Positions 29,499 to 39,910 are shown, numbered from the stretch's first letter. The stretch is DNA of 64,000 bases from Deltaproteobacteria bacterium (GCA_016218805.1 JACRCW010000035.1:1-64000); one strand, 5' to 3'. Numbers and translations: made by a program. The notes: generated by a model from the letters alone, not told the origin.

Positions 29499-32042
29499 AT
29501 GGCCGACAACTCCCATCCGCTCGCCTCCCGGCTTGACGGCGCCGCGGCGGGCGGCAGCGACGAGATCCTCAACCGGTTCATGGACTACGTGGCCCAGAAG
29601 GGCCTGGCGCTGTACCCCGCGCAGGAGGAGGCCATCCTCGAGATCATGTCGGGGCGGCACATCATCCTGAACACGCCCACGGGCAGCGGAAAGTCCCTGG
29701 TGGCCACCGCCATGATCTTCAGGTCCGTCGTGGAGGGGCGGCGCACGTTCTACACCTGTCCCATCAAGGCGCTGGTCAGCGAGAAGTTCTTTGCGCTGTG
29801 CAATGACTTTGGCCCGGACCGCGTGGGCATGATGACGGGGGACGCGGCCATCAACCGGGATGCGCCCATCATCTGCTGCACGGCGGAGATCCTCTCCAAC
29901 ATGGCGCTGCGCGAGGGCCCGGCGGCGCGCATCGACACCGTGGTGATGGACGAGTTCCACTATTACGGCGACCGCGACCGCGGCGTGGCGTGGCAGGTTC
30001 CGCTGCTGATGCTGGAAAAGGCCACCTTCCTGCTGATGAGCGCCACGCTGGGGAACCCGGAGTTCTTTGCGGACAAGCTCAAGGAGCTCACGGGCCGGGA
30101 CACCGCCATTGTCCGGAGCCGCGACCGCCCCGTCCCGCTGGATTACGAATACCGCGAGACGCCGTTCCACGAGACGCTGGACGAACTCATGCGCCTCCGG
30201 AAGTACCCGGTGTACGTCGTCAACTTCACGCAGCGCGCGGCGGCGGAAGAGGCGCAGAACATGATGAGCGTCAACTTCTGCAGCCGCGAGGAGAAGCAGG
30301 CCATCAACGAGGCGCTGCAGGGCGTGCTGTTTGACACGCCGTACGGCAAGGAGGTGCAGAAGTTCCTCCGCCACGGCCTGGGGCTGCACCACGCGGGCCT
30401 GCTGCCCAAGTACCGCCTGCTGACGGAGAAGCTGGCGCAGCAGGGGTTGCTGAAGATCATCAGCGGTACGGACACGCTGGGCGTGGGGGTGAATATCCCC
30501 ATCCGCACGGTGCTGTTCACCAAGCTGTGCAAGTATGATGGGGAAAAGACCGGCATTCTCTCCGTGCGCGATTTCAAGCAGATCTCCGGACGCGCGGGCC
30601 GGCGGGGGTTTGACACGCAGGGCAGCGTTGTTGTCCAGGCGCCGGAGCACGTGATTGAGAACCTGCGCATTGAGGCCAAGAAGCAGTCCGACCCGCAGAA
30701 GTACAAGAAGCTGCAGAAGGCCAGGCCGCCGGACAAGGGCTTTGTGCACTGGGACCGGGCAACTTTTGACAAGCTCATTGCGCGCGATCCCGAAGACCTG
30801 CCCAGCCGCTTCAACGTCACGCACGGCATGCTGGTGCACCTGCTGCAGGCGGAGATTGCGGAGCGCGGCGGCGGGTACGGGCGGCTGATGCGGCTGTGCG
30901 CGCGGTCCCACGGTGACGAGCGCGCCAAGCGGCATGTGCGCCGCCACGCGCGCCAGCTGTTCCAGAGCCTGCGCGCGGCGGGCATCATCCGCGTGGAGCG
31001 CGTGCCCATGGCGGCGGGCGCGTTTGTGCGCGTGGAGAAAGGCCTGCAGCGGGACTTCTCGTTGAACCAGACCTTGTCGCTGTACCTGCTGGACACGCTC
31101 CCCCGGCTGGACCGCGAGGCGGACGCGCACTCGCTGGACGTGCTCACGCTGGTGGAAAGCATCCTGGAGGACCCGGACCCCATCCTGTTCAAGCAGCTGG
31201 ACAAGTTGAAGGGTGAGAAGATTGCCGAGTGGAAGGCGCAGGGGATGGAATACGACCAGCGCATGGAGGAACTGGAGAAGCTGGAGTACCCCAAGCCGCA
31301 CCGCGATTTCATCTATGACACGTTCAATGCGTTTGCGGCCAAGCACCCGTGGGTGGGACGCGAGAACATCCGTCCTAAGTCCGTGGCCCGTGAGATGTAC
31401 GAGCGCTACGCGTCCTTCAACGAGTACACGCGCGAGTACAGCACCGAGCGCGTGGAGGGCCTGCTGCTGCGCTACCTGTCCGACGTCTACAAGACGCTGG
31501 TCCAGACGGTACCCGAGGCAGAGAAGACCGACGAGGTGCTGGAGATTGAGAGCTATTTCCGCGCGCTGGTGCACGGCGTGGACAAGAGCCTGGTGGAAGA
31601 ATGGGAGAGCCTGCGCACGCCGGTGGAGGCCCTGCCGGAGGGGAAGCCGCGCCCGCCGCCATCCCTGGCGGACAACCCGCGGCTGCTGCGCGCACGCATC
31701 CGCGGCGAGGTGCACCACCTGGTCAAGACGCTGTCCGAGAAGGATTGGACCGCGGCGGCGCTGGCGCTGGCGGAGTCCTCGCGCGAGGAATGGACGCCGG
31801 TGCACCTTGAAGAGGCCATGAAGGCGTACTTTGCGGATTACCCGTCGCTGCGGATGGACCATGACGCGCGCTCACCGCGGCTCACGCTGGTGACGGAGAC
31901 CGGGCCGCGCTGTTGGGACGTGCGGCAGACGCTGCTGGATCCGGAGGGCGACGGGACGTGGTTCCTTGATTGCGTTGTGGACCTGCAGGGGCGGACGGGT
32001 GCGGAGGGACCGCTGTTGGGGCTGCGGCGCATTGGCACGTGA
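29499..32042 (+). CDS. Ski2-like DExH helicase with DUF3516-type C-terminus
   Basis: TPTGSGKS, PIKAL, MDEFH, MSAT, HHAG, QISGRAGRRG. Confidence 0.92.
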   Translation: MADNSHPLASRLDGAAAGGSDEILNRFMDYVAQKGLALYPAQEEAILEIMSGRHIILNTPTGSGKSLVATAMIFRSVVEGRRTFYTCPIKALVSEKFFALCNDFGPDRVGMMTGDAAINRDAPIICCTAEILSNMALREGPAARIDTVVMDEFHYYGDRDRGVAWQVPLLMLEKATFLLMSATLGNPEFFADKLKELTGRDTAIVRSRDRPVPLDYEYRETPFHETLDELMRLRKYPVYVVNFTQRAAAEEAQNMMSVNFCSREEKQAINEALQGVLFDTPYGKEVQKFLRHGLGLHHAGLLPKYRLLTEKLAQQGLLKIISGTDTLGVGVNIPIRTVLFTKLCKYDGEKTGILSVRDFKQISGRAGRRGFDTQGSVVVQAPEHVIENLRIEAKKQSDPQKYKKLQKARPPDKGFVHWDRATFDKLIARDPEDLPSRFNVTHGMLVHLLQAEIAERGGGYGRLMRLCARSHGDERAKRHVRRHARQLFQSLRAAGIIRVERVPMAAGAFVRVEKGLQRDFSLNQTLSLYLLDTLPRLDREADAHSLDVLTLVESILEDPDPILFKQLDKLKGEKIAEWKAQGMEYDQRMEELEKLEYPKPHRDFIYDTFNAFAAKHPWVGRENIRPKSVAREMYERYASFNEYTREYSTERVEGLLLRYLSDVYKTLVQTVPEAEKTDEVLEIESYFRALVHGVDKSLVEEWESLRTPVEALPEGKPRPPPSLADNPRLLRARIRGEVHHLVKTLSEKDWTAAALALAESSREEWTPVHLEEAMKAYFADYPSLRMDHDARSPRLTLVTETGPRCWDVRQTLLDPEGDGTWFLDCVVDLQGRTGAEGPLLGLRRIGT

Positions 32043-32054
32043 GCGGGTCCTCGT

Positions 32055-33449
32055 TCAGGGAAAGCGCCGGTACAGGACCACTTCCGTGCACGAGACGGTG
32101 CGGCAGGGCCGCACGAGCACCGGGCGGAACTCCCCCTGGCCGCCCAGCGGGAGCGCCGGCGACGCCGTTGCCGCCACCCCGCGGCCCGTCGCCAGGTACC
32201 AATCCGGAGGTGACGCCAGGGCCGTGGCGGCCGCGCGGACCTCCAGCGCGTGCGCGAGTTCCAGGTACGGCCGGTAGAACCCGGCGAGCAACTCGGTGCG
32301 GAAGTCGTTGTTGCCCACCACCACACGTGGTCGCTCTCGGCACGAATCCGCCATGACCTGGAACGCATCCAGGTAGGCGCCCCGCCCTTCCGCCTGAAAC
32401 TCCGTCTCAAACCGCGCCTGACCGGCGAGCCAAAGCCCGGAAATGAGGACCGCCCCCAACCGCGGCGCCCCGCGCCTTGCCAGCCCCAGGTCCAGCACCC
32501 GGCCGAGCCCCAGCAGTGCCCCCAGCGCAACGACGAGCAGGTAGCGGACGCTGATGGCAGTGAAAGCGCCGGTGGCAAACGGAAGCACGACGAGACACAC
32601 CGCGAACGCGACGCGATCCGGCGTGAAGCGGCCGGCGGTACCCAGGCCCAGGCCCACGCAGGCAACCGCGAACATCACCGCGTCCACGGCGAACGGTGAC
32701 CACCCTCCCAGGCTGACCGTCCACGCCGCCGCGTGCACCACGACCGACGACAGAGGCTCCTCCGGGTTTCCGCCGATGACCATTCCGCGCGCGCGCGCCG
32801 CACACAGCGCAACCGCCACCAGCGCGGGCGCATACTGTGCCGCGGCGCGCTTCCAACTCTCCCCACCGTGCGTCACGCGCACCAGCGCGCCGGCCAGCAG
32901 CGCAGCAAACCAGAACGCGAACTGCAGGTGCGCAAGCGCGCCCAGCAGGCAGGCGCCCCAGAAGATCGCCCTCGGCAGCGGCGCGGGGCCTGTGCGCAGG
33001 CGCTCGTCCAGGGCCAGCGCAACGAGGCAGAAGAAGCACAGCGCCGCATAGCCGCGCGCTTCCGACGCGTACACGATCATCAGATGATTGGCTGCCACCA
33101 CGCCGCCACAGATCAGCGCCGCCCGGGCACCTGCCAAACGTCCCCACCAGACCGCCGCCCCAACGGCACCCAGCCCGAGCACAAACGCGGGCAACCGGTA
33201 GACAAACCAGTAGCGCTGCTCCCCCAGCGCCCGCAGGAAGAGGCTGTTGAGTGGGTGGTTGTTGTCGTGGAACGTGCCCCAGACCAGGGCGCCGGCGGAG
33301 CGTGCGTGCAGCGCAAGCAGCAGGGACCATACCTCGTCAGTGGTGAAATCCGTGAACAGGCCCGCCAGCCTGGGCAGCGCAGCGAGCCCCACCACGAGCG
33401 CGAGGGCGGCGGTGGGGCGGAGCCCAGAGGTGCGAACCGGCTCGCTCAC
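32055..33449 (-). CDS. GT-C fold membrane glycosyltransferase (PMT/ArnT-like)
   Basis: Multi-TM; TTDEVWS, DNNHPL, YRLP, YASEARGY; start uncertain (GTG 33449 or ATG 33530). Confidence 0.7.
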   Translation of the reverse strand: MSEPVRTSGLRPTAALALVVGLAALPRLAGLFTDFTTDEVWSLLLALHARSAGALVWGTFHDNNHPLNSLFLRALGEQRYWFVYRLPAFVLGLGAVGAAVWWGRLAGARAALICGGVVAANHLMIVYASEARGYAALCFFCLVALALDERLRTGPAPLPRAIFWGACLLGALAHLQFAFWFAALLAGALVRVTHGGESWKRAAAQYAPALVAVALCAARARGMVIGGNPEEPLSSVVVHAAAWTVSLGGWSPFAVDAVMFAVACVGLGLGTAGRFTPDRVAFAVCLVVLPFATGAFTAISVRYLLVVALGALLGLGRVLDLGLARRGAPRLGAVLISGLWLAGQARFETEFQAEGRGAYLDAFQVMADSCRERPRVVVGNNDFRTELLAGFYRPYLELAHALEVRAAATALASPPDWYLATGRGVAATASPALPLGGQGEFRPVLVRPCRTVSCTEVVLYRRFP

Positions 33450-33532
33450 GGCCGCCACACGTAGCACGCGCGGGGCTGGTGCCGCGCGCGGGATGCTGGA
33501 CGCTGTCTCCCCGTCGGCGGGATGATGCACGG

Positions 33533-35158
33533 GTGCCGCCCACCCCAGTCGCGCATGCTTCGCGAGGCCGAGCGTCCGACACCGCGCGCTGGGTGATTCT
33601 TCATCCCTTCATGTTGCTGTTCCTGCTGGTGGCGGCCGCGTACGCGCCGGTGACCCGCGCCGGGTTCATCTGGGATGACCCGCAGTACGTCGTTGACAAT
33701 CCCCTGCTGCGCACGTGGGAGGGCCTGTGGTCCATCTGGACGCGTCCCACGTCCGGCGCGCACCAGTGGTACCCACTCACGCTCACCACGTTCTGGCTGG
33801 AATACCAGGCCTGGGGGCTGCATCCCCTGGGCTATCACGTCGTCAACGTGCTGCTGCATGCGGCCAGTGCGTGCCTGGTGTTCTGCGTTTGTCGTCGCCT
33901 GCGCGTGCCTGGCGCACTGCTCGTCGCTGCGCTGTTTGCGGTGCACCCGGTCCACGTGGAGTCCGTGGCGTGGGTCACCGAGCTCAAGAACGTGTTGTCC
34001 GGGTTCTTCAGCCTGATGTCCGTCCTGTGTTTCCTCCGCTTCGTTGACGGGCGACGCGTGTCCTGGCGCGCCTACGCCGCCGCGCTGGCGTGCTTTGCCT
34101 CCGCGTTGCTCTCCAAGAGCGTGGCCAGCACCGTCCCGGCCGCGCTGCCCCTGGTCCTGTGGGCGTCCGGCCGGCGCGTGACGCGGCGGACCTGGCTTGG
34201 CCTGCTGCCCATGTTCGCGCTGGGCCTGGCCATGGCGGCCATCACGGTGCACGTGGAGCACACGGGCGTGGGGGCCCGGGGCCCGGAGTGGGACCTCGCG
34301 CCGGTTGCGCGGTTCGTGATCGCGGGGCGCGCGCTGTGGTTCTACGTTGGGAAGCTGATGTGGCCGGCGGACCTTTGCTTCAGTTACGCGCGCTGGGAAG
34401 TTGGCTCCGTCACGCTTGCTGACACCTGGCCGCTGGCGGCGGCCGTGGTCGTCGTGCTGGCAGCGTTCGCGGCCCGGCGTCGCGTGGGCCGCTGGCCCGT
34501 TGCGGCGCTGTGTTACTTTGGTGGCACGCTGCTGCCCGCGCTGGGATTCATCAACGTCTATCCCATGCGCTACACGTTTGTGGCGGACCACTACCCGTAT
34601 GCGGCAAGCCTGGGCGTGCTCGCGTTGTTTGCGGGCGTGGCGGTGGCGGTGGCGCGGCGGGCTGCGGGTGGCCCGGTGCGGCTGGCGCGGAGCCCGGCGT
34701 GGGTGTTTCTCGTCGGTGGTCTGCTGGCAGTGCTGGTGGGCTCCACCGCGTCGCGCACGCTGGTGTACCGGGACGAGTTGGCGCTGTGGACGGACACCGT
34801 GGAGAAGAACCCGGCCGCGTACCACGCGCGGACCAACCTGGGTGTGCAACTGGCGGCCGCCGGTGACGGTGACGGCGCGGCCGCACAGTTCCGCGCAGCG
34901 GCCCGGTTGCGACCGGACCTGGCGTGGCCGCTGAACAACCTGGGGCTGTTGCAGGCCACCGCGGGGGACCTTGACGGGGCGGAGCGCAGCTACCGCGCGG
35001 CGCTGGCGCGCGAGCCCGATCTGCCACAGGTGCACTACAACCTGGGCCTGGTGCTGCTGCGGCAGGGACGCGCGGCGGAGGCGCAGCAGGCATTCCGCGC
35101 GGCGCTGGCGCGCGATCCGGCGCACCCGGGTGCACGCGCGCACCTGGAGGACCGGTGA
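33533..35158 (+). CDS. TMTC-like GT-C glycosyltransferase with C-terminal TPRs
   Basis: GFIWDDPQYVVDNP, YHVVNVLLH, LFAVHPVHVESVAW, ADHYPY, three TPRs; start uncertain (33479-33611). Confidence 0.82.
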   Translation: MPPTPVAHASRGRASDTARWVILHPFMLLFLLVAAAYAPVTRAGFIWDDPQYVVDNPLLRTWEGLWSIWTRPTSGAHQWYPLTLTTFWLEYQAWGLHPLGYHVVNVLLHAASACLVFCVCRRLRVPGALLVAALFAVHPVHVESVAWVTELKNVLSGFFSLMSVLCFLRFVDGRRVSWRAYAAALACFASALLSKSVASTVPAALPLVLWASGRRVTRRTWLGLLPMFALGLAMAAITVHVEHTGVGARGPEWDLAPVARFVIAGRALWFYVGKLMWPADLCFSYARWEVGSVTLADTWPLAAAVVVVLAAFAARRRVGRWPVAALCYFGGTLLPALGFINVYPMRYTFVADHYPYAASLGVLALFAGVAVAVARRAAGGPVRLARSPAWVFLVGGLLAVLVGSTASRTLVYRDELALWTDTVEKNPAAYHARTNLGVQLAAAGDGDGAAAQFRAAARLRPDLAWPLNNLGLLQATAGDLDGAERSYRAALAREPDLPQVHYNLGLVLLRQGRAAEAQQAFRAALARDPAHPGARAHLEDR

Positions 35159-36636
35159 CCATTTCCGGTGCCGCAACGACGCCACCACGCGAGCCCGTGC
35201 TGCCGTGGGTGATGGTGTTCCTGGCGGTGGCGCTGCTGCTGCACCTGGTGCAGGGCGTGCCGTATGACGCCGACAGCGCGTACCACCTGGCGGTGGCGCG
35301 CCTCCTCGGCGAGCACGGCCACCTGCGCGCGTTCCCATGGACGTCGCACAGCTGGTTGGCGGATCACTACGCGGACAAGGAGCTGCTGTTCCACCTGGCA
35401 CTGGTGCCCGTTTCCGGCTTGCCGCTCGGCGTGGCCGGGAAGATCGCCGGCACGGTGTTCACCGCGGCGGTGCTGACGGTGATCTTCCTGGTGCTACGGC
35501 GCGAACAGGTCCCGCAGGCGGGCACCTGGACGCTGCTGCTGTTGGCCGGCAGCGGCACGTTCATGTTCCGCGTGGCGCTGCTGCGGCCGCATGTCGTCGC
35601 CATTGCCCTGGCGGTGCTGGCCACTTGGCTGGCATCACGCCGGCGCCTGGTGCCGCTGGGCGTGGTGTGTGCGGTGTACGCATGGTCGTACGTGGCGTGG
35701 CTGATGCCGGTGGTGCTGGCGGCGCTGACCCAGTTGGCGGAACTACGCGGACCACGCCGCCCGTCGTGGAAGGTGCCCGCCGCCGCCACTGCGGGGCTGT
35801 GTCTGGGCGTGGTGCTTCACCCGGACTTCCCCGCCAACGTGATGTTCACGCGCGTGGTGCTGGTGGACGTCCTGTTCCGCGCGTCGTGGCGCGCCGAAGG
35901 CGACATCGCGCTCGGCGGCGAGTTTGACCCGCTGGACCCGCTGGAAGCGCTCCTGCAGTTGTCGCTTCCCGCTGCACTGCTCTTGCTGGGTGCGGTCACG
36001 GCGTGGAGGCACCGCGCAGGTGAGCCGCTGGCGATGTCATTTGCGCTCCCGGGCGCGGCGCTCCTCCTGCTCACGCTGCGCACGCCGCGTTTGGCGGAGT
36101 ACGCGGTGCCCTTCTGCATGATCGCCGCGGCCCTGTGGTGCGCCCGGCGTTGGAAGCCGCACGTTGTGCCCGTCCTGCTGGCCGCCACGGTGGCTGTGCA
36201 CGGCGTGGCGGGGGACTACCCGTTGGCGCGCTTTGCCGCGCGTACGGACATCTTCCCTGCACCGCTGGCGCGCGTGCTGGATAAGACGGTGCCGCGCGGG
36301 GCGCGCGTGTTCACCTGCAGCTGGGAGTTCACCGGCGAGCTGCTGCTCGCGCTCCCCGGGCGTGAGTACATGATCGCCCTGGACCCCACGCTGTTCTGGC
36401 TGCGTGACCATCAGGCGTACCGGGCGTGGCGGGAGCTGGTGCGCGCACCGGGCCTCACCCCATCCACCGTCGTGCGGGAGGCGTTCCACAAGGACTACGT
36501 GCTGTGCGAATCCACACCCAACAACGCAGCCTTCCTGCGCGCGCTGGGGGCGGACCCGGGTGCGGTGCCGCTGGTCCGCAGTGCGCTGTGGAACGCGTTT
36601 GCGCTGCGGGCGGAGCCCCCGGCGCCCACACCGTGA
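35155..36636 (+). CDS. Multi-TM membrane protein, probable GT-C-like glycosyltransferase
   Basis: DADSAYHL after the first TM, FPW, DKELLFH, RPH, ALDP; GTGA overlap with the upstream gene. Confidence 0.6.
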   Translation: MTISGAATTPPREPVLPWVMVFLAVALLLHLVQGVPYDADSAYHLAVARLLGEHGHLRAFPWTSHSWLADHYADKELLFHLALVPVSGLPLGVAGKIAGTVFTAAVLTVIFLVLRREQVPQAGTWTLLLLAGSGTFMFRVALLRPHVVAIALAVLATWLASRRRLVPLGVVCAVYAWSYVAWLMPVVLAALTQLAELRGPRRPSWKVPAAATAGLCLGVVLHPDFPANVMFTRVVLVDVLFRASWRAEGDIALGGEFDPLDPLEALLQLSLPAALLLLGAVTAWRHRAGEPLAMSFALPGAALLLLTLRTPRLAEYAVPFCMIAAALWCARRWKPHVVPVLLAATVAVHGVAGDYPLARFAARTDIFPAPLARVLDKTVPRGARVFTCSWEFTGELLLALPGREYMIALDPTLFWLRDHQAYRAWRELVRAPGLTPSTVVREAFHKDYVLCESTPNNAAFLRALGADPGAVPLVRSALWNAFALRAEPPAPTP

Positions 36637-36862
36637 CGTGACGCCGGACGGGCCGCGTGCCCGGGGTCAAGAACGGCCGCGCGTGTTGTCGTCGGAGAAC
36701 GGGCGCGTGCGCCCGGCGCGGCCTGCGCGTCCGCCACACGGCGCCGTCGTGGTGCCCGCTGGTGAAGCGCGCGCCGATCCCTCGCACAACTGACGCGCCG
36801 CTCTCAGGAAACTGAGGTTTCCGCCCGTGCCGCAACGGGAACGGTCCCGGAAAATCCTTTTG

Positions 36863-36875
36863 AATCAACACCTTG
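36863..36875 (+). promoter_or_regulatory. IHF binding site
   Basis: AATCAACACCTTG matches WATCAANNNNTTR exactly, with an A/T tract just 5'. Confidence 0.65.
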
Positions 36876-36900
36876 TGCCCAGACAGGAGCCGCACCCACG

Positions 36901-36916
36901 TGGCGCGGCCGTTGCA
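36901..36916 (+). promoter_or_regulatory. Sigma54 (-24/-12) promoter
   Basis: TGGCGC-GGCCG-TTGCA (GG-N10-GC), 51 nt before ATG 36968. Confidence 0.7.
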
Positions 36917-36967
36917 CAGTGGCGTCCCGTCTTGCGATGCGTCCCTTTGGGGCGCGGGAGGCTGGTC

Positions 36968-39910
36968 ATGAGAAGGTCCTTTGCGCAGCTGGTGATGCCC
37001 GCGGTGTTGCTGGCCCTGGCGGCCTGCACCGGTGGCGGCGGCGGTTCCACCTCGGGCGGGTCCAGTTCGTCGGGCGTGCGCCCGCACGGGCAGAGTTCAT
37101 TTGAGACGCCCATGGGCAGTGCCAACAACTACAACCGCGGCGGTGCCTCAGAAGGCTCCACCAGCGGCGGTGGCGCTCCCGCGGCGGGGGACTCCAACCA
37201 GGCCGGCGGCGCAACCGGCGGCGGCGCCGCACCGCGCGCGGTGGAAGAGAGTGACATCTACAAGCTGGATGGCAACACGCTGTTTGTGCTCAACCGCTAC
37301 CGCGGCCTGCAGATCCTGGACGTGACGGACCTGGATCACCCGCGCGTCATCGGGCGCGCTCCCATCTACGGCTATCCCAAGGACATGTATGTGCGCGGGC
37401 AGAACGCGTACATCATCGTGTCGGATTACTATTCGTTCTGGCGCGAGGACACGGCCATGGTGGACGGCCCCTGGTACGCGTCCTGGGGCAGCCAGCTGCG
37501 CATTGTGGACATCTCCAACCCCGCCAGCCCCACCGTCACCGGTTCCATCAACCTGCAGGGTGATTGCGGGGATTCCCGCATTGTGGGTGACGTGATGTAC
37601 CTGGTGAGCCACCGCTACCCGTGGTGGGGCGGCTACGCCACGGATGACACCGAGGACAAGACGCAGGTGCTGAGCCTGGACCTCACGGACCAGGACAACA
37701 TCCACGTGGTGGACACGGCGGACTTTGCCCGAAACGGCTGGGAGCACCACATCAGCGTCACGGAGAACACCATCTACCTGGCCAGCTCGCAGTGGCAGTA
37801 TGACGACCCGGTCAACTACACGGGCGGCGGGTACGTGACCAACGTGCGCTACGTGGACATCTCGGACCCCGCCGGTGACATCAAGGTGCGGGATGACATC
37901 AACGTGGCCGGCCGCGTGATGGACCGCTGGAGCATGGACGAATACCAGGGCCACCTGCGCGTGGCGTCGTCCGACAACTGGGGCAACGGCGACGTGTTCC
38001 TGACCACCGTCAACGTGCAGAACCCGGACAGCCTGCTGGAGGCCGGCCGCTACACGCTGCGCGTGAACGAGCAGCTCACCAGCGCGCGGTTTGACGGCGC
38101 CAAGGGCTACCTGGTCAGCTTCCGCCGCATTGACCCGCTGTTCGCGTTTGACCTGTCTGACCCGGTCAACCCGCGCCTGCTGGGGGAGCTGCAGATGGAA
38201 GGCTGGCTGGACTTCATGGTCCCCATGGGCGACCGCATCGTCGCGCTGGGGCATGACGACGTGACGCACCCCGACGGCAGCACCACCTGGGCGCTGGCCG
38301 TCTCACTCATTGACACCACGCCCACCACGCCGGTGCTGCTCAGCCGCGTGATCATTGACGGCGCGTACGGCTGGATCCCCAGCGAGCGCGACGACTTTGC
38401 CAAGGTGTTCCGCGTGCTGCCGGAGCTGGGCCTGATTGTCTTCCCGTTCCAGGCCTGGGACCCGCAGGACTGGCGCTACATTGGCGGCGTGCAGCTGGTG
38501 GACGTGTCACAGACGGCGCTCACCAAGCGCGGCCTCATTGGCAACGCGGGCTGGGTGGAGCGCGGCATCCCGTTTGGCCAGAGCACGGTTCTCACGCTGT
38601 CCTCCGAGGTGTTCCAGGTCATGGACATCACGGACCGGGACAACCCCTCGCTGCGCGGGCGGCTGGAGCTGGCGCGCAACGTGACGGACTTCGCGCTGAT
38701 TGGTGACGGGACGTACAACGTGCAGCTGGCGGGTGACTGGTACCTGGGTGACACGCAGCTGGCCATCACGCCGACCAACGACCCCGACACGGCGAGCCCG
38801 GTGGCGAGCCTGCACGTGCCGGCGCCGTACGGCCGCGTGTTCCACAACGGTGACATGGTCTACGTGAGCAGCGTGCAGCAGGACCCCAACGGCGGGAACG
38901 CGCGCTCCGTGGTGAAGACCGTGGACCTGTCCGACCCCACGCACCCGCGCGTGCGCGGCAGCGTGGAACTCCCCACCGTGGTCTACGGCTCCTACGGCTA
39001 CTGGTACTGGGGCAGCGGTGACGAGGTCATCCAGGTGGACGGCAGCCTGCTGGTGTTCCACCGCTACTCGTACCGGTACTGGTACGGTGACTGCTACAAC
39101 TGCGGCCCCAGCGGCTACACGCCGGAACCGGACCGCATCTACGTGGTGGACATGGCGGACCCGGACGCGCCGCGGCTGGCCTCCACCGTGGAACTCACGG
39201 ACATCCAGTGGGCTTGGGGCCTGCGCGCCTCCGGCCGCAACGTGTACCTGAGCGATTACACGTCCTACGAGCGCGACGGTTACTGGTGGGCCCGCTACAA
39301 CCTGCTGCCCATCAGCCTGGCGGACGCCAACAACCCGGTGCTGGGCGACCGCATCAACATCCCCGGCTACGTGGTGGGCCTGGAGGGCGACAAGGTGTTC
39401 ACCGTGGAGGGCTACTACAACAGCGATTACAGCCAGTACACGTCGTGGCTGCACGCGCTGCAGATCTTTGAAGGCGCGGCGTACCTGCAGTCCAGCGTGC
39501 AGCTGCCCGGTTACGCGTACAACGTGGCCATTGAAGGCAACGGCGCGTACACGGCCACCAACAACTACACGCAGGTCACCGTGAATGACATGACGCAGTA
39601 CATCTACCGGACCACGCTGACCTCCATTGACATCAGCGACATTGGCAACATCCACGTGGCCGGCACGGCGGACGTCCCGACGGACTGGGGCTACCTGCGC
39701 AAGGTGGAAGGCGGCCGCGCGTTCCTGGGCGGCGGCGCGGGCCTGTTTGTGTTTGACGTGCGCAACCTTGAGGCGCCGCGGTTTGAGTCCTTCTTCCGCA
39801 CGTGGGGCTGGGTGGTGGACATTGTCACCCACGGCAACAAGGCGTTCCTGCCCAGCGGTTACTACGGCGTGCAGGTGCTGGACCTGGAGGCGCAGAACAA
39901 CCCCATCTGA
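36968..39910 (+). CDS. Secreted beta-propeller lipoprotein (Beta_propel/LVIVD-like repeats)
   Basis: GGGAGG RBS; lipobox LAAC; VEESDIYK, SMDEYQGHLRVAS, SARF, IDPLFAFDLSDP, repeated (I/V)D(I/L)S(D/N)P. Confidence 0.88.
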   Translation: MRRSFAQLVMPAVLLALAACTGGGGGSTSGGSSSSGVRPHGQSSFETPMGSANNYNRGGASEGSTSGGGAPAAGDSNQAGGATGGGAAPRAVEESDIYKLDGNTLFVLNRYRGLQILDVTDLDHPRVIGRAPIYGYPKDMYVRGQNAYIIVSDYYSFWREDTAMVDGPWYASWGSQLRIVDISNPASPTVTGSINLQGDCGDSRIVGDVMYLVSHRYPWWGGYATDDTEDKTQVLSLDLTDQDNIHVVDTADFARNGWEHHISVTENTIYLASSQWQYDDPVNYTGGGYVTNVRYVDISDPAGDIKVRDDINVAGRVMDRWSMDEYQGHLRVASSDNWGNGDVFLTTVNVQNPDSLLEAGRYTLRVNEQLTSARFDGAKGYLVSFRRIDPLFAFDLSDPVNPRLLGELQMEGWLDFMVPMGDRIVALGHDDVTHPDGSTTWALAVSLIDTTPTTPVLLSRVIIDGAYGWIPSERDDFAKVFRVLPELGLIVFPFQAWDPQDWRYIGGVQLVDVSQTALTKRGLIGNAGWVERGIPFGQSTVLTLSSEVFQVMDITDRDNPSLRGRLELARNVTDFALIGDGTYNVQLAGDWYLGDTQLAITPTNDPDTASPVASLHVPAPYGRVFHNGDMVYVSSVQQDPNGGNARSVVKTVDLSDPTHPRVRGSVELPTVVYGSYGYWYWGSGDEVIQVDGSLLVFHRYSYRYWYGDCYNCGPSGYTPEPDRIYVVDMADPDAPRLASTVELTDIQWAWGLRASGRNVYLSDYTSYERDGYWWARYNLLPISLADANNPVLGDRINIPGYVVGLEGDKVFTVEGYYNSDYSQYTSWLHALQIFEGAAYLQSSVQLPGYAYNVAIEGNGAYTATNNYTQVTVNDMTQYIYRTTLTSIDISDIGNIHVAGTADVPTDWGYLRKVEGGRAFLGGGAGLFVFDVRNLEAPRFESFFRTWGWVVDIVTHGNKAFLPSGYYGVQVLDLEAQNNPI

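Noticed and set aside
36690..36822. Glycine riboswitch suggested by CTCTCAGG and GGAGA
   Set aside because: No GCCGAAG core or tandem aptamer; the region is better explained as a sigma54 enhancer zone
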